Source: Tubiluchus corallicola | Lineage: Eukaryota; Animalia; Priapulida | Reading direction: 5' to 3' | Length of the DNA: 64,000 nucleotides | Assembly: GCA_030141605.1 (NCBI GenBank) | Contig: JAQGDQ010000650.1 | Coordinates: 1-64,000 of the forward strand | In this document: one piece after another, positions 1-13,400 of the stretch | How positions within the stretch are numbered: position 1 is the stretch's first letter | Layout: each line of letters begins with the position of its first letter | Program-made: the position numbers and the translations under genes | The notes under the pieces: generated by a model | Database searches by the model: none | Told to the model about the DNA's origin: nothing | The model's input: the letters and a program-made list of their open reading frames with translations, nothing else

Positions 1-1316
1 GCGAAGGGCGGAGTCATCAAACCTGATCATATGGCAAATGAAGTTAATGTAACAAACTTGGACAAATCCATTGTAAAACTTGATGGTAAGTTATGGAGCA
101 TTTAGTCAGAATTTGTGTTAGTTCTTCCAAATGTGTCCCCAGGATTAGTTGCCCTATGTTGCTGTAGCCTCTGTTTGAAAACAATTTATTCTCTCCATAT
201 GCTTTAGAAGCCTATATGACTTTACATTATAAAACTGATTCCAGAATTTAACTATTATTTTGTAGTTGAAAACCAGGTAATCGAAGGACCGATTTCATTT
301 AAGAAACTCTCTGCAGTTGATATCTCAATGTCCAATGGCTCTCTTGTCAATGGTGTTGATCTTGATGTGGAAACTGTGCACTTGAATGCAGGAGTAAGAG
401 TATTTTTACATCAACTTATGCGTTACAGGCAATGTGTAAAATTTTAACATTTTATCAAATTCCCAGGCATTCGTGTACAGTTAGTCCTCGCTTAACGACA
501 TGAATGAGTTCCAGCAAAATGTGTCATTAAGGAAGACATCCCTAACGAAACATTGTTTTCCATAAGAAACAATGTAAAAGCATTCAGTTACATTACAGTA
601 GCAAAAATCAATAGTGCTTGGCTGTGTAAAAATGTTCAGTTGCTTGCAGCGGGAAAACTACTGAGCTTGACTATGTTAAAAGCTTCAGTTATCAGGAGAA
701 AAATCAATAACATTTGGCTCATAAATTAAACACTTTGTATTGTCTATTGCTTACAGTTCTACCATGTTTCTTTAATTAAAATGCTACAGAGTACTGTGTA
801 AACAAAATATTACTGGTAAAGTTTAAATAAATTTAAATTTATAGCCGCCTCTCCTTCAGTCATTTACCCTCCTTTCTTTTCTTTCTTTTTGTTTTTTATA
901 AAAAATAATCCATTGTTGGTTGTTTGATTTTTTATTTTTTCTGCTAACACTTTATTGCACTACATTGCTTTTGCTACGTCCCTCTTCACTTTTGAGCTCA
1001 CCAGTTCTCCCGAATAGTTGGCTTATCATCACCATCAGTTTCAGCAATTAATTGTTCAAAGGTACGGCGTAGATAAGGTACCTTAAAAGCATGCTTTCTT
1101 GTTATGTTTCGAAATGACAGTGAGGACATACTGTAATGCCTATGCATTTTTGGAAAAGTGTGAAAAAAATGTTTTTGCTGCGACTCTCATGCTTTTCCTA
1201 GATGTTTTATGCAATTACTAGGATTGATATAAAATGTGTAAGTCGACTTTAGCAGTGTGTAGAATGTAGAATGAACATTTAGTTGAAGTTTTCCTAGTTA
1301 CTTTACATGACCTTGG

Positions 1317-1409
<93 letters not shown>

Positions 1410-4400
1410 CCTCCCTCCCTCCCCCCCTCCCCCTCCCTCCCCCTCCCTCCCTCCCTCCCTCCCTCCCTCTCTCTCCCCTCTCCCTCTCTCTCCCCTCTCC
1501 CTCTCCATACCTCCCTCCCTCCCTCTTCCCTCTCCCACTCCCCTCTAATGACTAATGAGCTTACCATATGCAGCTCATTTTTTATTATTACAGCCAGTAA
1601 TAATAGATGCAAAAAAGACAGTTAGTGGGACTCTGACAGTGAATAAAGACCTGAATATAGTAGATGAAATAGATGGAGTTGATCCTGTGGATCTGCAGTA
1701 TATAGTGCTCAAAAATGTCCCAACCATAGTCGAAGCTCGGACGGTATTTAATGGTAAACACTAAAAACTTAGTTCTTTGTATAGGTGGACGTCTCAAGAA
1801 AAATAAGACGGCTGCCAAAATTAATTTTCTAATGCTAATTATGGCTAGATTAAACTTTGTGCTTGCTCTTTTATTTATCTTAACATCTTGTGATCATGTT
1901 TTTCTACTGTTGTTAGTTTTCATGTTTTTTGGTATTTTCTAACTTTGTTAAAGGATTGCAGAGAACATTGGTTGGCTGTGGGGCTGTACTTATTGTTTCC
2001 CTTTTCTCTATCTTATTCATTTATTAAATTAAGCCCTTTTTTGGGTAAGTTTTTTTTATTTAAAAAATCTTTTCTTCAACTTTATTTTCAAGTCATTTGT
2101 TTGGTGTTACTGTTTATTGCACTAAAAGCTAAAAAATTATTTGTACTTTTTTATTAAATCTTATTCAGGAAATGTGAATTTCACAAATGTCTATCCTATG
2201 GGCAAAGTTGGTGATATTGATGTGAAGACATATTCGAATAATGCTGTTCGAATTAGTGGTGATGATGGGGTACAATCGCTTACATTATCATACAGCTTTG
2301 GACGCATGATTTTTAATTCGGTAATATTAATTGATGATAAATAACGTGTATTACAAAATGCTTCTTTGTATAGTTATTTCAACAGGTTAAAATTCTTAAT
2401 AACAAAAATTTATGAAATGCAACAGAAATAAAAAAATGTTTTACCATATGTTTTTACTATTTGGCAATGTAAACGCAGGACACAAACTTTCACATTTGTT
2501 TTGCAGAATGTGTCAGTAATAGGTCAAATGGATTCTGTTGATCTTGTCGCACTGGGTACTTCACACTTGAGTTTAACAAAACCACAGCGTGTGACAGCAG
2601 AGTATGAATTTTCACATTTAAAAGCTGAGGTAAGATGCCAAAAAGGTGAAATCACAGTTTTTTAATGTTTGACCTTTATGTTGGCATGTTTCTTATACAA
2701 CAAAATTTTCTTGTGAAAAAATCCTGACTTCAGAAAACTTTTTTATGAAGTAGGAACGGGGTGATTTTGGATGTAATGTGGTGCTGTTGCAAAACAGTTT
2801 TTTTTATATATTTTGATAGACAAAAAAACAGGGAAAATAAAGAGAGAGAACTTTCTTTGTTAAGGTAATAATAATAATAATAATAATAATCTTTATTTCA
2901 AGTCGGCTTTTGGGTCAACAATTAACATTAACTCAAAGAGCTATTATCGCCGACTGTAAATAACAACCTACAACTACACAACAGAGACTAGTATTGCCCC
3001 ACTTTTACCCTAAATACCACGCGTCAGGCAGGGCAACAGCAGGTACCATTTTTAAAGTCTTTGGTATGACCTGGCCACTGGTTCGAACTCACGACCTCCC
3101 AGACAGAAAGCTGGTCAATTAATTAAAAACCATATTCTGTGTCTGTGTTACTTGAACATGATTTGCTGTATGGCAGCAATACCTGTCAGACCAAAATCCA
3201 CAAAATCTTCCAAGCAAATGCCATTGACATGGCAAAAAAAAGGGCTGATGTTAATTGCACAATGCATATCAAAGCTTTTAAGCATGCATGTGTTAAAATC
3301 GTTGTGCACTGGATGTGTTGAACTTAAAATATATAAACTTGTATTAATTACTAAATTGCATTATTTTATATTCCACTCTATTTTTCAAAACTTCTAAAAG
3401 TATTCTAAAAGTAGGAAAAACACCTGCCTTCTGGACTGTTTAATGTATGGTTTTAACTATGCTTACAGGACTTTCTGATATTCAAGTTTAAATGGGCATT
3501 GATCAGTAAACTATTACATAAAAGTGCTAGAAAAATATGGGTCACAAATTTTAGATTTCTAAAGAGAAGAATAACACAAATGTTGCTTTTGGCCAACGAC
3601 TTATTTTGCCGAAATTTTATTTTCATTGCTGTTAAACTGGCATTTTTACATTGCCTTTTTCATCATTGATCAATTTAGTTCAGTTGTTGTATCCACAAAA
3701 AACGTAAAACCTTATTGAACTTCTTTGCTAACCTGAGAAGCCTAAACTATGCAGTATAAAAAATTTCGACATTTTCTCAACCTAAGCTTAATGACAGAAC
3801 TGAGCTCCACCTGAGATTTTTCATTTTATTAAAGTCGATGTACTGTAGTTGCACTCTCATTGAAAGCTCATACACTCGTAGTTTCTTGGGTGAGTTCACA
3901 AAATTGGAATGTATAGAGTTTTGACGAGTAACATTATGTTTAGGGCAACGTGACTGCTGACACTATAACTTTGATTGGTTTGCTGAACAACAACGACATC
4001 AGGGTGGCTGAGAACTATGTGATGCGGCTCGACGTGGATCAAAATGTTATGGGTTATCACGAATATGCAGGAGTTTGCAAGATTAATGGTATTCAGATTG
4101 CTTAAAATTACATGTACATTGCTATTCAATTACATTGAAGAAGACTGTTTACTTGCTTATGAAACTGTTGAGACAAACATTACTTTGATGTTTTTATTAT
4201 CTGTTTAGGAGACTTAACAGTGACTGGTAAAGTTGGTGGCGTCTTCTTGGCTAATGACACAATGCAGTACAATAAGATGAATGTTCTCACGGGAACAAAT
4301 TCATTCTTCAACATTCTCAGCATTGTTGGTGATTTGAACATGCTTTCATCAAACACAATTCACACGGTCGATGTCTCTGAGTGGGCAGAGGAAGCTGCCA

Positions 4401-7400
4401 CTCATTCCCTTCACACAACTATTAGTGGTCCAATGGAGTTTAACAATGTGGTTTTTCTTGAAGATGTTATGTAAGGTTCATTTTTTTTAAAATAAAGTTC
4501 ACTACTATATCTATTTAAACTTAGTAATGCACATACAGTATTAGAATCTTATTAGTACTTTGCTCCCTAGATCATTCATAAGAACATTTCTTACGCTTAC
4601 GACACATTTCTAAAGTGTTCTCTAATAAATGTTTTTAATTTTAAGAGAAGCTTTTGCTTTTCGAAACTACTGTATAAGAATCCCAGAATGAACGTCTGCG
4701 TAATAATTCTGCTTATAATCAGCATCATGAAAAACATGTTCAACTGCTATAGCAAATGTGATCACATTTTGTAGAATTATCAGTAATGCAACAAATTGCA
4801 GTTTTACTTTGCACTGTATAGCAAAATGTTTTCTAATAAATTATTGAATTTTTGTAAACAGAGTTGATGAAACTGCCTGCGAACTTGCATAAATTCTCCC
4901 TCACTGTTAGCGAAGGCATGCCATGTATTCATGTAACTAGTTGAAAAAGCCAGTACTGTTTTTGTACAGTCTGTACAAACACTATTGTTTAGTCTAACCT
5001 GATTTTGTACGGTTGCATGCTGCAGCCTACAGAAACTTAAGGTTAAATCTTGCTTAAGCTTGCATTGATAGAAAGCAATGTTTTTGTGATTATATTAGCA
5101 TCGCATGTACTTAAAAGCTACAACATTTATCCTTCTAGTATTTTCGCTCCACTTTGCAAATGAACCAGATCAGTCTATTTATGCTACCATAAAACTTTAA
5201 TATGCATTTTGTTTGCAGTGCAGAGAAGCTTGTCAATGAAATGAACTTCTCCAATGAGACAGTATTGACAAAGTCTGGACAGCAAACGTTCACTGGCAAT
5301 GTAGTATTTACTGGTCAGGTCACAACCTTAGGCAACTTTAATGCAGTGACTATTGATGAAGTGGATATTGCCCATTTCTTGGATAAAGCTGTAAGTGAAT
5401 GTTGCCTTCATGACAAAACTTATATTATTGCCTTTGATTCGTAATTTTTCCTGCGTTAAGATATCACATTAATGTAACTTATTTAGTGTATTATGCAGAA
5501 TCTTTTAATGTCTTATTTCTTTTTAAGTTTCAAGTAGCATTGAAACTGAAATTGTCAAATTAAATTTTCAACAAAGATATTCCTTTGCACAAATTTGCAC
5601 TACAGTCTTATATTGTGGCACACAGAAAGTACAAAGTATTACGAAAGCTAATCCAGTATTCGTTATATGGGCTATGGTTTAAATAAGCCATAGTTTCTAC
5701 ATATGTTCATTTCATAAAAAAATGTTTCGCTTTAGGTGCTGCAAAACCGAGATGATCAAGTATTCGAAAAAGTTGTTGAATTTTCCACCAAGCCAGTTTT
5801 TCATACAGTTGACCTCAAGGCAACAATAAATGGGGTGCGTATTCAGGACTATTAATCCGTTTATATTTACCATTTATAAGCTACTGCGTGGTATCGCATG
5901 TTACTATTCATATTGCTCTTTCAGGCGAATAAATGCTGTCGGTCACTTGTTCCATTTGTCTGTGATAGCTTGCAGGAAATTTGCTGAATACGTTTTGTTT
6001 TTTCCAGGTTAATGCAAGTGCTTTGGCAGATTTGATAAATACTGATCATAATCTTGATGCTGCCATTCACAGTATGCAGCAGCAGTGTTTTGTACTTGAG
6101 AGCGTTGTGCATTCTCTTCAAGGTATAGATGCTCATACTTTTGTCTCAAGTTTGGTTTATGATGCCAGCTGTTCAAAATTTGGACATGAACCTTTTGACC
6201 TTGTTTCACCAGGAAACACTGCTGGGGAAGTAGTGCTGTTTGCATACCATTAGTCCCTATGAGAATTTGCGAACCAAATTTTGCCTGGTGAACCAAATGA
6301 TCTTTTGTCAAACATCAAAATCCTTAAGGTGTCAAATGTGAGATTCAGTGGACCTATAGCATCAACGCTACTCTAGTTTTATTAGTTTTTATTTTTTAAC
6401 AAAAAAAATTTTTAGTTGTTTATTATTTCTAACACATTAATGTACATGACTTGTTTTTGCTACTGTTTATTAGTGGTATTGATCAAAGTTGACAGCTTGT
6501 TGGTTCCTTCTGCAATAAAAGGGTTCGGTCCAGCATGATTTGGTTTTCTCAATGGCTTTAGGCTTTTAACTGAAACAAAGGGCACACACCTGAATTTTGC
6601 AAAAGCGTGTACACCTCTAAGACCTCTACACCTCACTTACATTTTGTAATTGTTTGTGGATCATGGAAATGATCAATAACGTGCAAAAAAATTTTTTTTG
6701 GAAAAACTGCATGCTGGACCAAATGCATATGCTTATCTGACACTCAAATCTGATGATTTCCTGCTGAGAAATTACAGAAGCCAGTATAGGAAGACCTAAG
6801 TCTTATTAAAGTGACATCAGTTAACTCTTTGCGTAAACTCTATGTTCTTTGCAGATATGTGAGATGTTCATGCAATATTTATTAATAGTGGGTAAATTTA
6901 ATAATGTTTTTTTTCTGTGATACGTTTAGATTGATCTTTTGTCGTTTTTACATAAGTACTAAATGAGTTTTTGTGACCAGACCTTACCAATTATCATACC
7001 AGATTTATTATTTTTACTTGTGTAAATCTGTGTTCTAAAATAAGAAAAACTTCGGTGTATTCAATTGCTCGTTAGTTCATTCTTGTGTGATACTGGCATT
7101 TTTTTGTCATTGACAGAATCGACTGTTGTCTTGTGGCATTTTAAGTCCTATGCAGAATGGGAAGCAATCGGAGCAACCAGTTGGGAATCTTTCGCAATTG
7201 ACAACAATACTTACCTATTTCTTACAACAGCTAATCCAGATTGCACTATTTCATCAGTTAAACATTATAACTTTGAGCTCCAATCTTTTGAAACATCATC
7301 GGTATGTCACTAAACAATGAGCTCATTAACAATAGTTACAAAATGTAATTATCAAACTTAGAAGTCCACTTTTTTTTGTTATGTTGCAATAAAGTTACCT

Positions 7401-10400
7401 GTTGTCGAGTTACTTACTTAATGCGCAACTTACTAATGTTACATACTGTTTTATTGCATTGGTAATTTCTTAAATATCATGTCACTTTCTTGTGTTGTAT
7501 TGGTGGTATTACAAAAATTATATGAACACAATTTTAGCAACTTTTTTTCATATAATATTAACCTTGTAAACCTTATTACGTTTTCAGACTGTAAGTGTCA
7601 GTGCTGGAAAGCAGTCGAAGTACTTCGAATTTCAGGATAGACACTTTCTCGCAGTAGCTGTGGCTAAAGCAGTTAATGCAGGTGATAGTTGTGATCAGGC
7701 CAGCACAGCAGTTGCACCTACTCCAGGTACATATATGTGATGAAACTATAAATAGTGGTAACAGAGGTGTTTGGCGTGTTACTTAGTTATAAAGTTCAAT
7801 TTTAGTTTATTGAAATAATTATTCTGCTACTTTGTCTGCATTAAATTAGCCGAGTAGCAGGTTATTAACGTATCTTCGGTAACTGATTTTCATTACACAA
7901 ACGACTACGCGATTGATCAAGTAGGAAAAAATAGTATAAATAATTTCTCGTTTAATGTTGTGGATTGCTTTTACTTGACATAATAACACGAGTTGCAAAA
8001 AGTTTGCTCAAGCACCTGGTGGGATATTTGCTTATATTGCACGGTAACCAGATGATGCTATTTTTCGTTCAAAATGAACGGCCCAAACGTGAAGTGATCA
8101 TGACTTTGTATTAATTTTACTAATTTTACGAGGTATTTAACGCAGTTTTATTGCTGCAAATTTCTAACACTTTCATTTCTTTTCCTTTAACTTTGTCAGC
8201 TTTAGTGTAACTTTAACTTATTGATGTGGCTGCAGTAGAAACAGTTATGGTATTTCGTTTATGTTGTCATAAATCATGCTTCTAAACAAACAGATATTAT
8301 GGTAATGGTTAGAGGGCTGTCACCTTTTATTAAATTAAAGCCGTTCATGCAAGTAATTCACCGATGTGTGCTCTAGGACCAGTGGCGGCTCGGTGCTAAA
8401 ATTATTGAGGTTGCTTCTTCCGAAAATTTTTATCCATTGTATTAATACTGTGTAAAACGAATTAAACATATGTAATTTTATTGCTGTAATTTGTAATTGT
8501 AATTTTAAACAAACAAACATACCAAAATTTATACCCGCTGCATTTCTCATTCTTAAATTAGGTTGATGTGCATAACAGTGAATGAAATGTGCATTACTAT
8601 AATGTGCATTCCTGTTTTTGTCTTTCATAACATTTGCACCATCAAATGTCTGAGCTATCAGTTTTTGTCCATTTCTTTGAAGGAATATGTCTAATTGTTC
8701 TAGAACACGTTTTGATATGCCATCTGCAGCTTGATTTTCTGGAATAAATAATCCCAAAAAATGCTCTGATGTTTCTTCATTCAACACATACTGCAGAACT
8801 GCTTGACAGTGCTGTTTCTACCTAGAGTGCAGCGTCTTATCTCAGACATGTGCACATGGCTGCATGAGCACACAGCCAAACAACATTGCTGGAGATGCAA
8901 GCGCACAGTTCCATCATGTGCTCTTGTTCCGTACAAGTATAAAGATAGAATTAAAGAAATAAGACTTATTATATTAAATATTATCGATAATATTGAGTGA
9001 AAATAGGGGGTGCTGCAGTTCCACAGTGCCTATACGCGAGACTCCACTGTCTAGGACACATAAAATTTTAAATGCATAACAGAAGAATTAGGAAGAGTGT
9101 GTGACTATTAATTATATACTGTGACAACCTTCCAGCATCAAGGAGCAGCTACATATCCTGTATAAACTGTCAGCTAAACACCAGGTGCTTATCATTAAAT
9201 TTGTTACATGCAGTATCACAAAAACTGAGAAACTATCTGTAGTTTAACCCTTCAGTTTCAGGGTTAAGTAAACAAATGCTCATGCATCTCACCAATGTAT
9301 TAGCTTCAAGTAGACAAAAATGTTGTTTAGAGCGACTGAACTAAACACTCAGATTTACACATGTAAACGTAATAGGACTGATTTCACAAAAAAAGAAAAA
9401 TGATACATAGTAGTTCTACAGAAATCTACTTTTGTAAAGCAAAGTCATTTGCTAAATTTCCGTTGGTATAAAAGCATTAAAAAGTGTCAGATGTAGGTGA
9501 AGAAGTGTCTAAAACTACATAATTCACCATTCTTCTTCAAAAGACAATTAAAATGATATATCTAAATACAATAGTATAACAATTTTAGTACATAACTACT
9601 TTTCGAGTTTATTTTTTACATAGCATTTTCGTATAGACGAAGAAAAATATCGCAATATATAGCAGTACGATTTTCTAGTCAGTACCCAACCCTTGCACAT
9701 TAATTTGTGTTAACTTTTTTGTCTAGGTAATTATCAGTCCTTTGTCTAGCTTTTCTTTATTTAGATAATAGCTAAGTACTTTATTTAGGTATTAGGTAGC
9801 AATAATCACGTAATTTGTTTAGGTAATGGCGTGAGTCATGTTCAAATTTACATTCGTGATGAAAATGGAGTTGAATTTAATTTGTGGCAGAATATCAATG
9901 CAAATTTCCCATATGATGTACAACCCTTTACTTTAAGCAATGGAGAATTGGTAAGTTCTGTAGTGCTCATAACCAAACTAAATGATGCTTTATGCCTATA
10001 TTAATTTTTGTCTTATTCCATATTAATAAGTCACGCTGACAAATTTAGGTATTTTCTGTAAATTTGAGTGTCAGAGACTGAGTAAAAAAGTATTTCGAGC
10101 TTGCGATTTTGTTACTAGACTACTAGCACTTTCTCTGACTAAAAAGAAAAAGACAAAAAAAAGAAAGAACAATTGTCTGTTTATTGTTTTTTTCTGAAAT
10201 TGGGTGTAAAACCTCTATAACATCTTGGCTCTTATACCTCTGACTAATAACACGTGTTGTTTATCTTCATTACTGTTGTATAGTGTCTCGCCATTGCAAA
10301 TAACTATGATGGCAGCAGTCATAATGTCAATTCATCTGTCTGGTGTATGGCAAATCTTCAAGATGGATTCACACGATCAATTTTCTTCAGCACTCAGTCA

Positions 10401-13400
10401 GCCTACGCGGTAAGTGCAAAGTTGCGTAAATTTCAATATTTTGCACATAAGCTAGATCTCTTATAGTCATATTCTAACAATGTTAGCATTTGTCTATACA
10501 GTCATGATGCTGGCAATCTTGATGATACTAGTAATGCTCAAAAAACTTTTTTATTCAGGTTGATGTAGTTACAATCAGTGATAACATCTGGATTGCATTT
10601 GCAAACAGTTATGACGAACAATTTGGCAGCGACACAACTTTGTCTATAATACATCAATTAAGTGTTAGTGACATCGAAAATGTGACCATGGTAAGCTGAA
10701 CATAGTGCTAGGATAAGTCTCTTCCGAGTCTGAACTATTGCTTGATTTGCTGGTTTTTCTGCTTGCGTTTAGTTGTTGCATTCAGCAATCAATATCTGTA
10801 TGTTATGATATCAAATTAATAAATTAAAAACTTCAAATAAAATTTTTATTTGAGCCTATAATGCTTATAATTATATGCATTTAATTTGACATTTATGTGT
10901 GTAGCTGTATGTATTTATAATGTATTATTTTTTGTAAAATCTGTCTGTCTTTATATATTATAAAGTCGTCTTTTTTGTTCTCATAGACGCAAACTTTCAC
11001 AACCCGGAAGGCGTCGGATGTTATGTTCATGAATATTGAAACAACCATGGGCAATGATCTGCACTATCTTATATTTTCTAGCTCTGGAAGTAATGGAGGT
11101 GTTGACGTATTAATGTAAGCGCTTATATACTCATTAACCGTTGCATACTTGACTAGTAAGTTGTAGTTATTTTATGGTAATCACTTTGAATAGCGATTTT
11201 ATGTTGACTTTACCACCAGTTCTGTTCTAGTATTCAGAATTTTTTATTAATTGGTTTCTAAACTCATAATTTGTGTGCTATGTAAGTATAGTGTCACTTA
11301 GGAAAATCATTTGTTGTAGTAGTAGTACAGAAAAAATATGACACCAGTGTAAATTTTTGTGAACTTTCAAACTGGAAATATTAAAATAATTACGTTTTGA
11401 TTTATGTAGCTTTAAGTTAGTTTACAGTATGAAGCTGGTAATACTTGGGCTTTTACAATATAATTTCGGTCTGAGAAAAAGAAATTTAGCAAACACACTA
11501 GAGCTCTTTTTATGTTCTCCTAACAAAGAATATATCTGAACACATAGACATCGCATAATCATTTTGTCAGTAATAGTATTTTGTCAGTTGATATTGAAAT
11601 TAAAAATAAACCTACAAGTTTTTTTAAAATTTTAATCCACGTCTATTCTAAAGATGGAAATATGTAAAGAGCGGAATTAATTGAGCCCGGATTTTAAACC
11701 CTGGCTAAACCTCAATGCAAAGTTACTCTGTCACTTGTGATCAAAACAGGTTCTTTTTCAATCATAATAGGTCATTAATTGTAGCTTTTCCAAGTGTTAA
11801 TACAGCCAAATTTTTCAACTAATTTTGAACCTAAAATAGTTAGTGGGTAATTAATTTAATTACACATATATGTAATCTTAATTGTAAGATTATTAGTTAG
11901 TGATGAAAGATATTTGGATTAAATTTAATAAATTGTGTATGTGTTCCACAGTGTTTCAAAATGAACTATTTTTCAGCTTAGCGTTTGTTTTGATATTCAA
12001 TTGTGGGTAATTATCTGACTTATTCAGGCTGGGTGATGATCTAAAATGGAAGCTAGTGAGTGCCTTGCCAGTACTCAGTCCCATATCACTAGCTGTCGCC
12101 AAAGTGTCTACTCATGGTTACTACCTTTTCGTGGCAGACAGTGAACAATCCCAGAAGTTGCACATGTTTAGATATGTGGGAGTAGCTGATTTCCAGTTAG
12201 TGTCTAGCTTCATGATACCAAAAGGTATGCCAACTCAATTCTTACTTCGTTCTTTTTGGCTGAAAAACTTTAGAATGATCTTATTATAGTTTAAGATATT
12301 TGGTTTTCTGGTATCAAGGTTGTATTCATTAGTTTCGAGTACTAACAAATCACATCATATTTAATACAATGAAATTGAGTTATGTAGCTATGAAGGCGAA
12401 TTATGCTTTCTTTATAGGTTATACTCGCCTGTGTGTCAACGTTTATTTGTGCAGCTTTTGCACTCATTTCCTTATGGATTTAGTTTTTTGTTGAAGTTTA
12501 TTAGATAACAAACGTAGCGATCATTCTTGTCTAGCCAGCTTGTTGAGTTTACTGTTGAACTGTTGCATTATTGTAACAATTGTGACTATGTGACTACTGC
12601 CCAAGTCTTTACACGACTTGGGCAGTAGATAACTACCCAAAATGTGTAAAGAAAGTTTCGTCACTGCAACAGCCATTGAAAAGCTCAAACATTTGTAACA
12701 TATGGCTGGTTGCTGGACTTTCATTGATCTTGTGCATGCACGGAATCAAAAAGTCTCGACCCTGCAATTTCCTTGTTCTACAATCCTGCACATCTATTTG
12801 ATTTCAATCTGTATATTTCAGACTTACATGCAGACACTTTCAGAATCGTAGATTTACATACCTTCAACATACCAAACATCGGCACTTTCCTGTCTATTGC
12901 TGTTCAAGATCCCTATGGTGGAGAGTCGACTTCCCTTATCTTAAAGGCTGTAATAGAAGGTATGTTTTCTATGAGTGATTTTTAAGAAAATACTTGGAGG
13001 AACATTTTCATTTTTGCAGTGTTATTTACTTGGTACGTCCATTAGAGTCATTCATAACCTTTTGGATTTGCTTGCGTGATCTAAAATAATTAAATGTGTA
13101 ATTTTATAATACTCATTGTATTTCTCAAAAGACACTTCGCACTTGTTGCATAGTGTAGAATGTAGACGAACTCTATTCCACTGAAACCAAGTAAAATCTT
13201 TTGCAGGACGTGGGCATGCCTTGTTTTAAAACAAATAATTTGAAAAAGAGTAATACTTGTGACTGGCTACTGCAGAACACTAAAGAAATGGTAATTGATA
13301 GGTAGTGTGAATACAATTAAACCAGTGTGCATACAGCCGAAACCTCTTTATACCACTCATTTGGGATTACTGCAAAAAAGTGAGCTTGCATTATAATGAG

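Noticed and set aside
1218-1612. ORFs with ERERER / SLSLSL repeats
   Set aside because: Translations of the (CT)n/(CCCT)n microsatellite.
7588-7596. Perfect GTAAGT 3 nt into an exon (possible micro-exon)
   Set aside because: The full 139-nt exon is needed to keep the frame and an EAR blade.
11900-12018. GTGATGA...CTGA as a C/D snoRNA
   Set aside because: Too long, AT-rich, overlaps the branch/acceptor region, and has no internal boxes.
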